From Mobula hypostoma (lineage: Eukaryota), in NCBI RefSeq assembly GCF_963921235.1, contig NW_026948187.1:6758001-6822000 (forward strand): a DNA stretch of 64,000 nucleotides. The letters are read 5' to 3'. A program made the translations under genes and the position numbers. Below the pieces are notes generated by a model, which saw nothing but the letters and a program-made list of their open reading frames with translations, searched no databases and was not told the origin of the DNA. Below, piece after piece: positions 49,873 to 61,610 of this stretch (within the stretch, counting starts at the first letter, position 1; every line of letters begins with the position of its first letter).

Positions 49873-50488
49873 AGGTTGGAGGAACAATAAGTTGTATTTC
49901 GGCTGTGTAGCCTCCAATCGGATGGCATGAATATCGATCACTCCTTCCAGCCCACCTGCTCTGTCCTCCACTCTGACCTTTCACCTCTTCAGACCTTCCT
50001 TTCACTGCTCCCGACATGCCTTCCCCCTATCCTGTCCACTATGGTCTACTCTGCTCTCCCGTCAAATGATACCACTCCAGGGTTAAGCCAGGAGTCTTTC
50101 CATCACACCTGGCTTAATCGTCTGCCCAACTTTTTATCCCGGCCCGAAATATGGAATGTTCATTCAATTCTGTGGAAGCTGTCTGACCTCCAGCGTTTTA
50201 TGTGTGTTGTCTGAAAATATATATCTGCGCACATGGGCAGATGGGTAGAAAGTCAGATGGGCTGGACTGACTGGCAGAGAGACTGGTTGCTGAGTAGGAC
50301 AAGGCGAAATCATCTACTAAACCGCAGGTCGTTGGATTTTGGGTGGAAACCGGAGCACCGCGAGGAAAACTGTACCGTGACGGGAAAAACTCACAAACTC
50401 CGCAACAGAACCCGCGTCGCTGAATGATAGAGACAATTCAGATGTGGGTGGGGGGGGGGGAAGAGAGAGAGAGAGAGAGCGAGAGAAA

Positions 50489-50537
<49 letters not shown>

Positions 50538-50895
50538 CAGAGAGAGAGGGGAGGAGGGTGAAAGAGAGAGAGGGGAGGGGGAGACAGAGAAGGGTGGAGA
50601 GAGAGACAGAGAGAGAGCAGAGAGAGAGAGGAGAGAGAGAGTCAATGGGGCAGAGAGAGAGAGAGGGGAACAGGGAGTAAGGAGGGGAGAGAGAGAGGGG
50701 AGGGAGAGTCGGTGGGGGAGAGAAGGGGAGAAAGAGAGGCGGTCGAGAGAGAGGGGGAGAAGGAGAGGGTAGGGGAGAAAGAGTGTGAGAGGGAAAGAGA
50801 AAATGCTCTGTTAGAAGGAAGGAAAGTGGGAGTGCGCCTATGGATTAGGAAGGCGAGGAAATCCTGTGGGGCGGGGGAGGAGAGAGAGAGAGAGG

Positions 50896-50899
<4 letters not shown>

Positions 50900-50960
<61 letters not shown>
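50900..50960. repeat. (GA)n microsatellite within a GA-rich low-complexity tract (~50460-50960)
   Basis: Direct inspection; homologous tracts at ~15600-15790 and ~53225-53300. Confidence 0.9.
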
Positions 50961-50962
<2 letters not shown>

Positions 50963-51335
50963 GGAGAGCCAGATGGAGAGCGGGAGAGGTAGACCGGGGG
51001 TTCGAAGGCACAGCAATTTCTGACGATGTTACTGATGGGCTCCGATAACGGGCCTTATTACAGGCGTGGGAATCCATCACCGAAAACTACCAGGAAAGAG
51101 AAGAAACTGCAACGAGCTTGGGGGGTGGGGGGGGGCGTCGGGCGGTGGGGGAGCTGCGGGGATTCGGCGGTGCACGTGATACAGGTCTCCATTCCGATTG
51201 GCCAGAGTGGATGTGGGCGTGGCCTACACTGACTGCCTATCTCACAGAGATAAGGAAGGAGCGAAATGACAGGCAAAAAATTCATCGTTGCAATTCTCAC
51301 CTCTGCCTTTACTGAGAGAAGAAGCGCCCAGAAAC

Positions 51336-52014
51336 ATGTTGCTGTTCCTGCAATTGATCCTCTCCATCCAGCGTGAGTGAAATTTTGCAAATAGTTATTT
51401 ATTTTTCTCTCTTTCGTCGCCTATTTCCCTGTGTGATCTAAACCGTGTATACTGACTGGTGTCATTCTTACTCGAAGGTTGCCCGCAATTCTTATTGAAA
51501 TCTATTCATCTTCCCTCTTTATCTCCCACCGTTTCAAGTCCCCGCTCTTCAACCGCCCTCATTGACTCGTTCTCCTCCATTGTCCCGGGTCTCCAAGTTG
51601 ATTCACCCTACCGCTCTTCTCCGATGCCTCCTGTTCACCTTCCTTCCCCCCTTCCCCAAATTCACCGCAAAATGCAATATTCATCCTCTTCCGCTTTCTG
51701 TCTCTTTTCCAGATGCCAATTCAGTGACGATCCACCAGACTCCGGCATTCTCCGCTCCTCCCGGCGCGAAGGTTGGGTTGGAATGCACAGTCCAGGGGAT
51801 GAGCAGAGACAGTACTAATTATCTCTTCTGGTACAGACAATACCGGGGAAACGGACCCCAGCTCCTTTTCACCTCGAGCATGGCCAAATCCGTGCAGCCG
51901 CCGGGCCCAGTGGACGGCTTCACGGCGGGGAGACCGAGTCTCAACGAGTTCTATCTGAACTCCTCCGGCCTCCAGGCGAATTCGTCGGCCGTGTATTTCT
52001 GCGCCTGGAGAGAT
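51336..52014 (+). CDS. TRBV: TCR V segment, family B2 (V11): leader 51336-51372, V exon 51713-52014; ORF intact, RSS heptamer CAT
   Basis: Leader MLLFLQLILSIQ; V: ANSVTIHQTP..LECTVQGMSRDSTNYLFWYRQ..ANSSAVYFCAWRD. Confidence 0.9.
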
Positions 52015-52053
52015 CATGGCGACTCAGAGAGACGGAGACGCCGAACAAAAACC
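52015..52053 (+). other. 23-RSS of V11 with defective heptamer
   Basis: CATGGCG-23-ACAAAAACC. Confidence 0.92.
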
Positions 52054-53681
52054 TCACAGTCTGTGTGGGTTTGGCTGTCGTCAGCAGAGAGAGGATATGC
52101 GTCACATGTCAACACCTGACAACTGACGTCACCGCGCTTGGTGTTCAGCACCCAATGGGAAATTGGTATGGGAGACAACGCGTCGAGCTAATGGTCCTGA
52201 GTCGGAATGGGGCACCGAGTGCCACGAAATTGCTGCTGTTACTTCCATCCTCTCGCCGTAGATAAACATTTCCCTGTCACTTCAGAGTCACAGGCAGCCG
52301 AATAAACCACTATAAAATGCAATCACGCCAGCCCTTCGTCTTTCCTACAGACATGGCTTCACCCACCGCCCAGCTTTTTATCCCGGCATGAAATATCGAC
52401 AGTTCATTCATTTCTGTAGAAGCACTCTGACCGCCAGCGTTTTATGTGTGTTGTCTCAAAATATATATCTGCGCGCACAGGAAGATTGGTAGAAAGTAAG
52501 ATGGACTGGACTGACTGATAGAGAATATGGTTGCTGAATACGACAAGGCTAATCCATCCACTAAACCGTAGGGATTTAGGAGGAAACCGGAGCACCACAA
52601 GGAAAAATGCACCGTGACGGGAAAAACTCACAAACTCCGCACAAAAAACGGAGGGAACAGAACCCGCGTCGTTGGTGCTGTACAGCGTTAGGCTACGTTA
52701 GCGCCCCAATTTCTCCTCTCTTCCTTCCTTCTGTCCCCTACAGTCCACCTCTAACCCCCTGTATCTCAATCCTCTATCTACCTGTACTCACTCCTCCTGA
52801 CTTGCTCTCCTCTCTCTTGTTCTCTCTCTCTTCTCACTCTTCCCCGAAGTCTGATTCATTATCTCTCCGTTTCTTCTCTCACTTCTCTCACATCTCTACA
52901 CGTCTACGAATCTTAATCATTCCCTCTTTCCACAATACCTTCTACCTCTCCGCTGTTCCGCCATTGAGTCTCTTTTAATCTTTTTCCCCAAATCGTCTAC
53001 GCTCAATCTTGGTTTCCCTCGTTTTATTCGCCCCCTCTGCCGCATCTCTTAATGCCGGCCGGAAAAGTCGACTCTCATTCATTCATTTCTATACATGCTG
53101 CCTAACCTGTTGATTTCCTCCAGGATGTTGCGAGTGTGTGTTTAAAAATAAATAGCTGGGCACGCAGACAGATAGGTAGACAGTCAGATGAACACCGGAC
53201 TGATTGATAGAGACAATTCAGATCGGGGAGAGAGAGAGACAGAGGGAGAGAAGGGGTAAAGGGGGCGGGGGTGAGAGAGAGAGAGAGAGAGAGACGGAGA
53301 GGCAGATGGAGAGTGTAAGAGGTAGAACGGGGGTTCGAAGGAACAGCAACTTCTCACGATGCTACTACGGGGCTCCGATAAGGGGTCTTATTACATGCAT
53401 GAGAATCTATCACCGAGAGAAGCAGGGAGAAGTACAGAAAACTACCAGGATAGAGAAGAGACTGCAACGAGCTTGGAGACGGGGGGTGGTGGGGGAGGTG
53501 CGGGGATTCGGCGGGGCGATTGATACAGGTCTGCATTCCGATTGGCCAGAGTGGATGTGGGCGTGGCCTATCCTAACTGCCTATCTCACAGAGATACGTC
53601 AGGAGCGAAATGAAAGGCCAAAAAATTCATCGCTGCAATTCTCACCTCTGCCATTACTGAGAGAAGAAGCGCCCCACAAAC

Positions 53682-54358
53682 ATGTTGCTGTTCCTGCAAC
53701 TTATCCTTTCCATCCAGCGTGAGCGAAACTTGCAAATATTTGTTTATTTTCTGTCTTTCGTCGCCCATTTCCCTGCGTGATCTAACCCGTGTATACTGAC
53801 TAGTGTTATTCTTAGACCAACTTTGTCCGCAATTACTATTGAACTCTATTCATCTTCCCTCTTTATCTCCCTCCGTTCCAAGTCCCTGCTCTTCAACCGC
53901 CCTCATTGACTCGTTCTCCTCCATTGTCCCGGGTCTCCAAGTTGATTCACCCTACCGCTCTTCTCCGATGCCTTCTGTTCACCTTCCTTCCCCGCTTCTC
54001 CACATTCACCGCAAAATGCAATATTCATCCTCTTCCGATTTCTGTCTCTTTTCCAGATGCCAATTCAGTGAGGATTCACCACACTCCGGCATTCTCCTCT
54101 CCTCCCGGCGAGAAGGTGGTGCTGGAATGCACAGAAGAGGGGATGAGCAGCGACAGTACTAATTGTCTCTACTGGTACAGACAATACCGGGGAAAAGGAC
54201 CCCAGCTCCTTATCACCTCGAGCATACCCAACTACCTGCAGCCAGTGGCCGCAGTGGACGGCCTCACGGCGGAGAGACCGAGTCGTAACAAGTTCTATCT
54301 GAAGTTCTCCGGCCTCCAGGCGAATTCGTCGACCGTGTATTTCCGCGCCGGGGATGAG
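53682..54358 (+). pseudogene. TCR V, family B2 (V12): leader 53682-53718, V exon 54057-54358; open frame but Cys104->Arg
   Basis: ..LECTEEGMSSDSTNCLYWYRQ..ANSSTVYFRAGDE; the second conserved cysteine is lost. Confidence 0.87.
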
Positions 54359-54397
54359 CACGGCGCCTGAGAGAGACGGAGGAGCCTAACAAAAATC
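54359..54397 (+). other. 23-RSS of V12
   Basis: CACGGCG-23-ACAAAAATC. Confidence 0.88.
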
Positions 54398-54720
54398 CTC
54401 ACTGTGTTTGTGGGTGCCTATCGTCATTTGAAGGGGAAATGCGTCGCCCGTCGACAGCCGAGGTCTGGCGTCACCACGTACCGCGACGGCTAACCAATGA
54501 AATCAGTGATGTCAGTCTTGGATGCGATCAAGAATCGCAGAGTTCAACTGCAGGTCGCGTCATCGCACTGATATTTTTATCGTCTGGGCGCACATTTTCA
54601 CTTCAATGCCTATCGCTTATGTGGTGTCACTGCACAATACCTAGTGTTTAGCGCGACGCTATTGCAGCTATAGGCATTCCGGAGAGAGGGAGGGACAAAG
54701 TCGCGGGCGGGGGGGGGGGG

Positions 54721-54722
<2 letters not shown>

Positions 54723-54787
<65 letters not shown>
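54723..54787. repeat. (GA)n microsatellite preceded by a poly-G run
   Basis: Direct inspection. Confidence 0.95.
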
Positions 54788-54788
<1 letters not shown>

Positions 54789-55361
54789 AGAGAGAGGGTG
54801 AAAGAGATAAACAGAGACAGAGAGGGAGAGAGGTAGAGAGAGAGAGAGTTATGTGGAGGATAGACAGATAGCAGAGGAAATGTCCGACACCAAACAGTGT
54901 GGTTGAGGGCAGGAACGCAATGTTAGGGACAGACTTTGTAACCAGAACTCAAGGCAGGCAGGTGGACGGTCGGATAGGTACGTGATTCCCAAGAGAGACT
55001 GACATGCAGATGGGTAGATGGACGGAAAGTTGGAGAAGAAAGCGAGAGTACGATCGTGGTGCAGGCAGCAGGCGAGGGAAAAACCGGGAAAGAAATAGGA
55101 GGGAAATGAGAATGCGCTCATGTAATGACAACCAACCCATCAGCGAGAGAAGGGCGGAACCTTAACAGTTAACAAGACTGGAAGGAGAAACGAGGTGGGG
55201 AATCCGTCAACAACTCACCTGCGATTAATAGGGGTGGGAAGGCTTCACAAAACCACATTATACAAAGAAATAGAAAGTCCAGATATGAAATGGATATACC
55301 GTCTGCAAGCACAAACAAGCGATTAAACGCCAAAGTTTATTTTACTCTTTTTCCCACGTTA

Positions 55362-56367
55362 CATAGAAAGATAGAAAACCTACAACTCAGTTGAATCCGC
55401 CTCTACCACAGTCGCCGGCAGCCCATTCCACGCACTCTGCTTAAAAAACTTAACACTGACATCTCCTCTGTACCTACTTCCAAGCACCCTTTCGTACTAG
55501 ACATTTCAGCCCTGGCGGGGGGTGGGGGGGGGGGGGAACTCTGACTATCCACATGATCAATGCCTCTCATCAGCTTATACACCTCTATCAGGTCACCTCT
55601 CATCCTCCGTCCCTCCAAGGGAAAAAGGCTGAGTTAACGCAACCTATTCTCATAAGGCATGCTCCCCAATGCAGGCAACATCCTCTGCACCCTTTCTATG
55701 GTTTCTATATCCTTCCTATAGTGAGGCGACAAGAACTGAGCACAGTACTCCAAGTGGGGTCCGACCAGGGTCCAATATAGCTGCAATATTACCTCTCTGC
55801 TCCTAAACTCAATCCTACGATTGATGAAGGTCAATGCACTGTATGCTTTCTTAACCTTAGAGTCAACCTGTGCAGCAGCTTTGAGTGTCCTATGGACTCG
55901 GACGCCAAGTTCCCTCTGATCCTCCACACTGCCAAGCGTCTTACCATTAATACTATATTCTGCCATCATATTTGACCTGGCAAAATCAAATACCTCACTC
56001 TTATCTGGGTTGAACTCCATCTGCCACTTCTGAGCCCAGTTTGGCATCCTATCGATGTCCCGCTGTAACCTCCGGCAGCCCTCCACACTATCCACAACAC
56101 CCCCAACCTTTGTGTCATCAGCAAACCTACTAACCCACCCCTCCACTTCCTCATCCAGGTCATTTATAAAAGATCGCGAAGAGCAGGGGTCCCAGAATAG
56201 ATCCCTGAGGCACACCACTGGTCACCGGACTCCATGTAGAATATGACCCGGCTACAAGCACTCTTTGCCCTGTGGGAGCAAGGCAGTTCTGGATCCAGAA
56301 ATCAGTGTTCCCTTGGATCCCATGCCTCCTTACTTTCTCAATAAGCCTTGCATGGGGTACCTTGCCA
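55362..56367 (-). mobile_element. CR1-clade LINE 3' fragment (different subfamily)
   Basis: [56 protein letters not shown]. Confidence 0.9.
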
Positions 56368-56451
56368 AAAGTCTGTCACATGATTGGCTGATTAGATATT
56401 TGTATTAATGAGCAGGTGTACAGGCGTACCTAATAAAGTCCACTGAGTGTA
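56368..56451 (+). mobile_element. Probable Tc1/mariner terminal fragment
   Basis: GTACCTAATAAAGT--CCACTGAGTGTA resembles the Tc1-type TIR end ..TAATAAAGTGGCCACTGAGTGTA; recalled, not searched. Confidence 0.55.
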
Positions 56452-56469
56452 TGCGGAGAGAAAAATATT

Positions 56470-56562
56470 CAGATGGATAGATAGATAAATAGGCAGACCG
56501 ATAGATCGATAGATGGATAGATCGATCGATCGATCGATTGATAGATAGATTGATATAGACTG

Positions 56563-56595
<33 letters not shown>

Positions 56596-56660
56596 GATAT
56601 ACAGATAGATGATAGAAAGATACAGACATGCACAGATAGTTGGGTAGATAGATTGATATG
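56470..56660. repeat. Imperfect (GATA)n tract
   Basis: Direct inspection. Confidence 0.9.
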
Positions 56661-57440
56661 ATAACTAAGCACATATCTATTGATGGACAGCGGGAAGGGC
56701 TTAGATTCCGAGACAGACACGCTTCCATGCAGACAGTCGTCAGGCAGAAGCACTGAATTGATCAGGCCGACACCGAGGGAGGACAGGGAGACCGACTGCG
56801 TGGGAGAACACAGACAGAGGAGCAGAGCGAATATTAGACACCCATGTCAAAAAGAATGCGAGGCAAAGAGAGACAGAGTAAAGGAAGCCGACAGAGACCG
56901 GTGTGCGGATCGCTGCAGACGGGTCATGCAGACCTCACCGGAGAAGGGACAGGCAATGACCAGGGACGATGCAGTTGCATCGATAGGTAGATATACCGAC
57001 GTGGAGGAGGGCATGCAAGAGGTAGAGAGGCAGGCCGACACGGACAGCAGCGAGAGGGGCAGTGACGAAGAGCGGAAAGAGAGGACGGCAAAGGGATTGC
57101 GTTCGGCTGACGCCAGTGAGTGACGATGAGTAGAAAAATGTTGGTGGTGGTCAGAGGTGACCAATCCCTTTGCTTTGGAAGGCTGCTGATATTGGCACCA
57201 GATCCTGATCCCTACTAGCGGTATCGACGCTGATCAATTTCTCATCAATGCTAGACGGCTAAAAAGCAACATAGAGGAGCAAAACGGTATGCGACGCAAT
57301 TTCAACGCACCTACACTGACATTCTCAGATTGGCGGCTACACCGCGGCGTCTAAATCGCAATCCCCCCTCCCACCCGCGCAGACCGCAGACGGCGCAATT
57401 TCTCCTTTGCTGCCGACAGCGCCCCCTCAGGCGGTGAGGT

Positions 57441-57769
57441 GTTTTTTTTTCAGCTTCCCATTCTGACTGAGCGGCCGGGAAATCCACAGGCGCAGAAATA
57501 TCCGGCCAACGAAATTCACATAGAGCTCGCAGAATATCAGCCTGAAATTGTCTGCCACTCGGTAGCTCAGTGGCAAAACCGTGCGCCGTGTCCCGAGGCT
57601 GCACATGGTTGGTGACGGCAGAGTAGAACAAGTTCTGAGGCCCCGCTCAGGAATATTGCATGCACCATGAACACTTCATCGTCGCTGCTGATGTCGCCCT
57701 CTACCGGGCATTCCTTGCCGGGAGACTGGGAAAAAGCCGGAGTCTTATGCCTGGCCAGCGAACACGCAT
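57441..57769 (-). pseudogene. Old, heavily decayed B-like V pseudogene
   Basis: Acceptor CGTCTCTTTTCCAG|AT as in family B; fragments TPAFSQSPG, LFYSAVTNHVQP..HGFA, YFCACG; RSS decayed. Confidence 0.75.
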
Positions 57770-58157
57770 CTGGAAAAGAGACGGCAGGTGAAAAACAGTA
57801 TTCTCGATAGACGTAAACATGGAACTATAAAATACGTTTACCGGATAGAACAGATCAAGCATTACGCTAGTTAACTAGCCAAGCGGGGCCACTCTCAGGA
57901 CCTTAAACGTCCCACTCGATCGGCGGCGCCGTTGGCTCGACCAGCCCATTGGTGAAGCTGAAAAATTACCAGTTTTCTGCGGACTGGAGATGTTGTCCCA
58001 TCTTTAACCCCTGGGTGGGAAGGGGTGGATATTTCCTACTTGCCCGCCCACTCTAACGGCGCACCATAGTCCGCCATTAAATTGGCTTGGCTGCCAAACC
58101 AAGTAGAGTTAACGATCCACCCCGGTGGTCGATTCTCTTCGCACGGCAGTGTTGGTG

Positions 58158-58159
<2 letters not shown>

Positions 58160-58195
<36 letters not shown>
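58160..58195. repeat. (GT)n microsatellite
   Basis: Direct inspection. Confidence 0.95.
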
Positions 58196-58198
<3 letters not shown>

Positions 58199-59964
58199 GG
58201 GGGGGGGGGTCTTCTTCCTTCTTACTCTTACCTCCAAGCATTTTTACAAAAAATACTTCGTTTTATTGAAAAGGGAGCAATGGGGAAGGCGTAGAGCGAC
58301 TGAAATGAACACAGTCAGAAAGCAGACTGCAAAGGAACGATGCACAGTGCCAGGCGATCATCTTTCGTCGAGGTTAATGTTGGGGAGGGAAGAAGGCATA
58401 ATATATTCACTTCAATCCCGCCCTGCATCAATTTGAAATGCTGAGTTAGGGCCAATAGGAATTTTGGCCACGGATGGATGCTTTGTCATATTTAGCACAT
58501 GGTCTATTTAATGTCTGTCGACCCTGTCTCTCTTCCGCTCACGTTCTGTCCCGTTCTCTCGTTGAATCTCTCCCTGGTCTCTCTCGCAGTCTCACCCGCT
58601 CTCTCTCTTTTTCTGTCTCCCTCTCTCTCTGTCTGTCTCTTTCTATCACTCTCTTCCTCCCTCTCTCTTTCCTTCGCTTTCTATCTCTCTCGCTCCCGTC
58701 TCTCTCTCTTTCCTTTTCACTCTCACTCTTTCTTTCCTCTCACTCGCTCTCTCTTTCCCTCCCTTTCTCTCCCCATCTCTCTTTCTCTCTTTCATTCATT
58801 CTCTTTTCCTTCTCTCCCTCTCTTTCCTTCTCTGTCTCTCTTCCTCTCTCTCTTCCCTACTCGCTCTCTCTCTTTCCTCCTCTCTCTATCTCTATCCCCC
58901 TCTCTCTTTCTCACCCCCTCTCTCTCCTTCTCTGTATCCAGTCACTGTTATTACCTCACGTTACTCTTTGTCTGCACGACGTAAGGCTCTGTGGAGTCCA
59001 TATCATTTGAAATACTATGACTAAGTCTTTTCCACTGCACTACACCTCCTACGCCAAAACTTTCTCTGTCTCATTTCCTCTCTGCCTTGCCCTATCTCTC
59101 TTACTCTCTCCGTGTCTGCACACCTGCGAGCTCACTTTCCTCCAACTTTGATGGTTCTTCTGCCCCTACCCTACACCCCACCCGAAGTCCGACTCTCAAT
59201 TTCAAATCTGCGTGAAGGAGGGTAATGACTGTGCGTAGGTAACGTTGTAGATACTGTATATGGGGATGGAATGGAAGACATTCAAACAGAAAAATAGATG
59301 GGGAGATATTTAATTAAGTAAAAAGGGGATGATTCTGACCGAAGGTGACAAAGCCAGAAACGCGCGAGGCAGAAAGAACGGAGTCAAAAAGAAGGTGAAG
59401 GAGACGGCGCCCCGGCAGTGACAACCGGACGCTGAGGAAGGGAGGGGACAGGGGTCCCAAAAGATATAGAGAAGGAGCGGATGCAGCGGGGAGACAGGGA
59501 GGGAGATAATTCTGCAGATCCTAATTAACATGAAGCACGATTGGTTTTAGTTAATGGAAGGAAGTGCCGCGGCTTATCCAGTGGACAAAACTGTGTTTTA
59601 CACAGGGACAGGTAATGGCAGGTGTGACCTGCGTGGATTCACTATTGAGCGAACTAACCCCGAATAAAGAGTTTTTTTTCTGTTACTGCCGTTGACCCTC
59701 GCTTCCGACCTCGGTGAAATAGTTAATTAATTTATCATCTCTGCGATTCTCTGTTTTCTTCTCCTTCCCCCTGAACTGCCCTCGTACTCCATCAGTCTCC
59801 TTCTTTGTCTTGCTTCGCCGCAATCTCACACTACAATTCCTCTCCGGACTCCTCTCAAACTCTGTCACTGTTGTCCTCCTTTTTTAGCCTCATTTTGCAT
59901 CTTTTCTCGACGCCCCCATTCCTCCAGGAATCCCTGGTTATTCACCCCTCCACACGCATCCCAC

Positions 59965-60230
59965 GCAGTTGCGTGGCCAGGTGGTTAAGGTGTCGGTCTA
60001 GTGACCGGCAGGTCGCCAGTTCGAGCCAGTGTTGAGGCAGCGTGATGTGTCCTTGAGAAAGGCACTTAACCACGTATTGCTCTGCAAAGTCAGCGGTGCC
60101 AAGCTGTATCGACCCTAGTGCCCTTCCCTTGGACAACATCGGTGGCGTGGAGAGGGGTGAATTGCTGCATAGGCAACTGCCGGTCTTCCATACAGTCTCG
60201 CCTAGGCCTGCGCCCTGGAAACCTTCCAAA
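59965..60230 (+). mobile_element. tRNA-derived SINE
   Basis: A-box-like TGGCCAGGTGG and B-box-like GTTCGAGCC in a tRNA-like head, followed by a non-tRNA body. Confidence 0.65.
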
Positions 60231-60299
60231 TTCAGGAGACTAACGGATACCTATATAATCAAATAATCACCCCTCCCTTCCGCCTCCCTTCTCATTTCC

Positions 60300-60625
60300 A
60301 GAAGCGACCCGATGACAATCCATTGGTTTTCCCTGCTTCGCCCGGTGGGAAAGTAAGGGTAAAAGGACACTAGGGGGCAGTCGCTACACGTTGCAGACAA
60401 TAGACAAGAAAACGGGGCTGGAGAACTTGAATTCCAGAAGAACAGCCAAGAAGGACGGTTTTACGGCAGCAATAGCAACGACTTCTAACTGAAGTCCACG
60501 TATTTGATTACGAAAAAACTAGTTCGGAGGTCCAAAGGGACTTCTAAGTTCTATGGTCGCTGTTCGTTATTCTATCTGGCGTTGAATTCGCTGGCCCTGT
60601 CTTCATGCGCCTGTCGACAATGCCG
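60300..60625 (+). pseudogene. Old decayed V relic (V3-like)
   Basis: Scattered V motifs in order: AGACAATA..GGGCTGGAGAACTTG (GLENL), GACGGTTTTACGGCA (DGFTA), CTGAAGTCC (LKS), AATTCGCTGGCC..TGCGCC (NSxA..CA). Confidence 0.55.
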
Positions 60626-60775
60626 AACTCTGTCACCTTTATCCCCCCTTTTTTTTGCCAACTTTTATGCGCAATTTTGGCTTCTCCCCGTCCCCACTCC
60701 GACAGGAATCGGTGTCTGTCCCCACTCCCCACCATCCCCTCCGCCGTCTCCACAGTCTTCCTTCTCTTTTCCTCA

Positions 60776-61020
60776 GCCGATCCAGGTGACGATCCACCGC
60801 TTTATTGTGTATGACCCTAGAGAGATATAACGCTAAGCTGACTCTAGGGGGCAGTAAGTACACCGTTGATACGTTCGTGCGTTGCGGCCAGTACCAGGGA
60901 AAGGAAAAGGGTTTGGTGATCGTGTTTTGCAGAACAGGAGCTGGAATCGCAAGGCCTAAATTCGAAGGAGGAGTTCACGTCAGAGGGGCCAAATAGCAAT
61001 GAGTTCTATCTGAAGTCCTA
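60776..61020 (+). pseudogene. Old decayed V relic, 3'-truncated
   Basis: Pyrimidine tract-CAG, GTGACGATCCAC (VTIH), CAGTACCAGGGAAAG (QYQGK), TTCACGTCAGAGGGGCCAAATAGCAATGAGTTCTATCTGAAGTCC (FTSEGPNSNEFYLKS). Confidence 0.6.
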
Positions 61021-61339
61021 GTGTATTATCAGTAAATTTGGTAGGACCGAATATTATTGGCCGAGGAACTTTTCCCTGTAAGAACTTGTTCTAATTTGTA
61101 TCTAGAGTTATTACGACGACCAAGACCGCTGATTTAAAAATGTTCCTCATCTTCTCCGGTGAGGTAGGAGACTTACTGTAAAAACCAGTAAGCATATCTC
61201 TGACTGGTGATGAGATGTCATTCCCCGCGCTTTATCCCTCTCTGCACAACGTTGCAACTGAACTATGTCGCCCTCCTACCGCACATCCACGCTCTTCTTT
61301 GGTAGTCTCTTTGTCTGTCTGTCTGCATGTCTCTCTCTC

Positions 61340-61560
61340 TCTATCTATCTATCTGTCGATCTGTCTGTCTATCTATCTATCTATCCATCTGTTTGTTTGT
61401 CTATCTATCTATGTGTCTATCTGTCTGTCTATCTATCGTTCTCTCTGTTTATACTATCTGTCTATTCATCTATCTGTCTGTCTGTCTATCTATCTATCTA
61501 TATCTACCTAACGATCTACCTATCTATATCTACCTATCGATCTACCTATCTATCTAACTT

Positions 61561-61609
<49 letters not shown>

Positions 61610-61610
61610 T
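61340..61610. repeat. Imperfect (TCTA)n/(TCTG)n tract
   Basis: Direct inspection. Confidence 0.9.
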
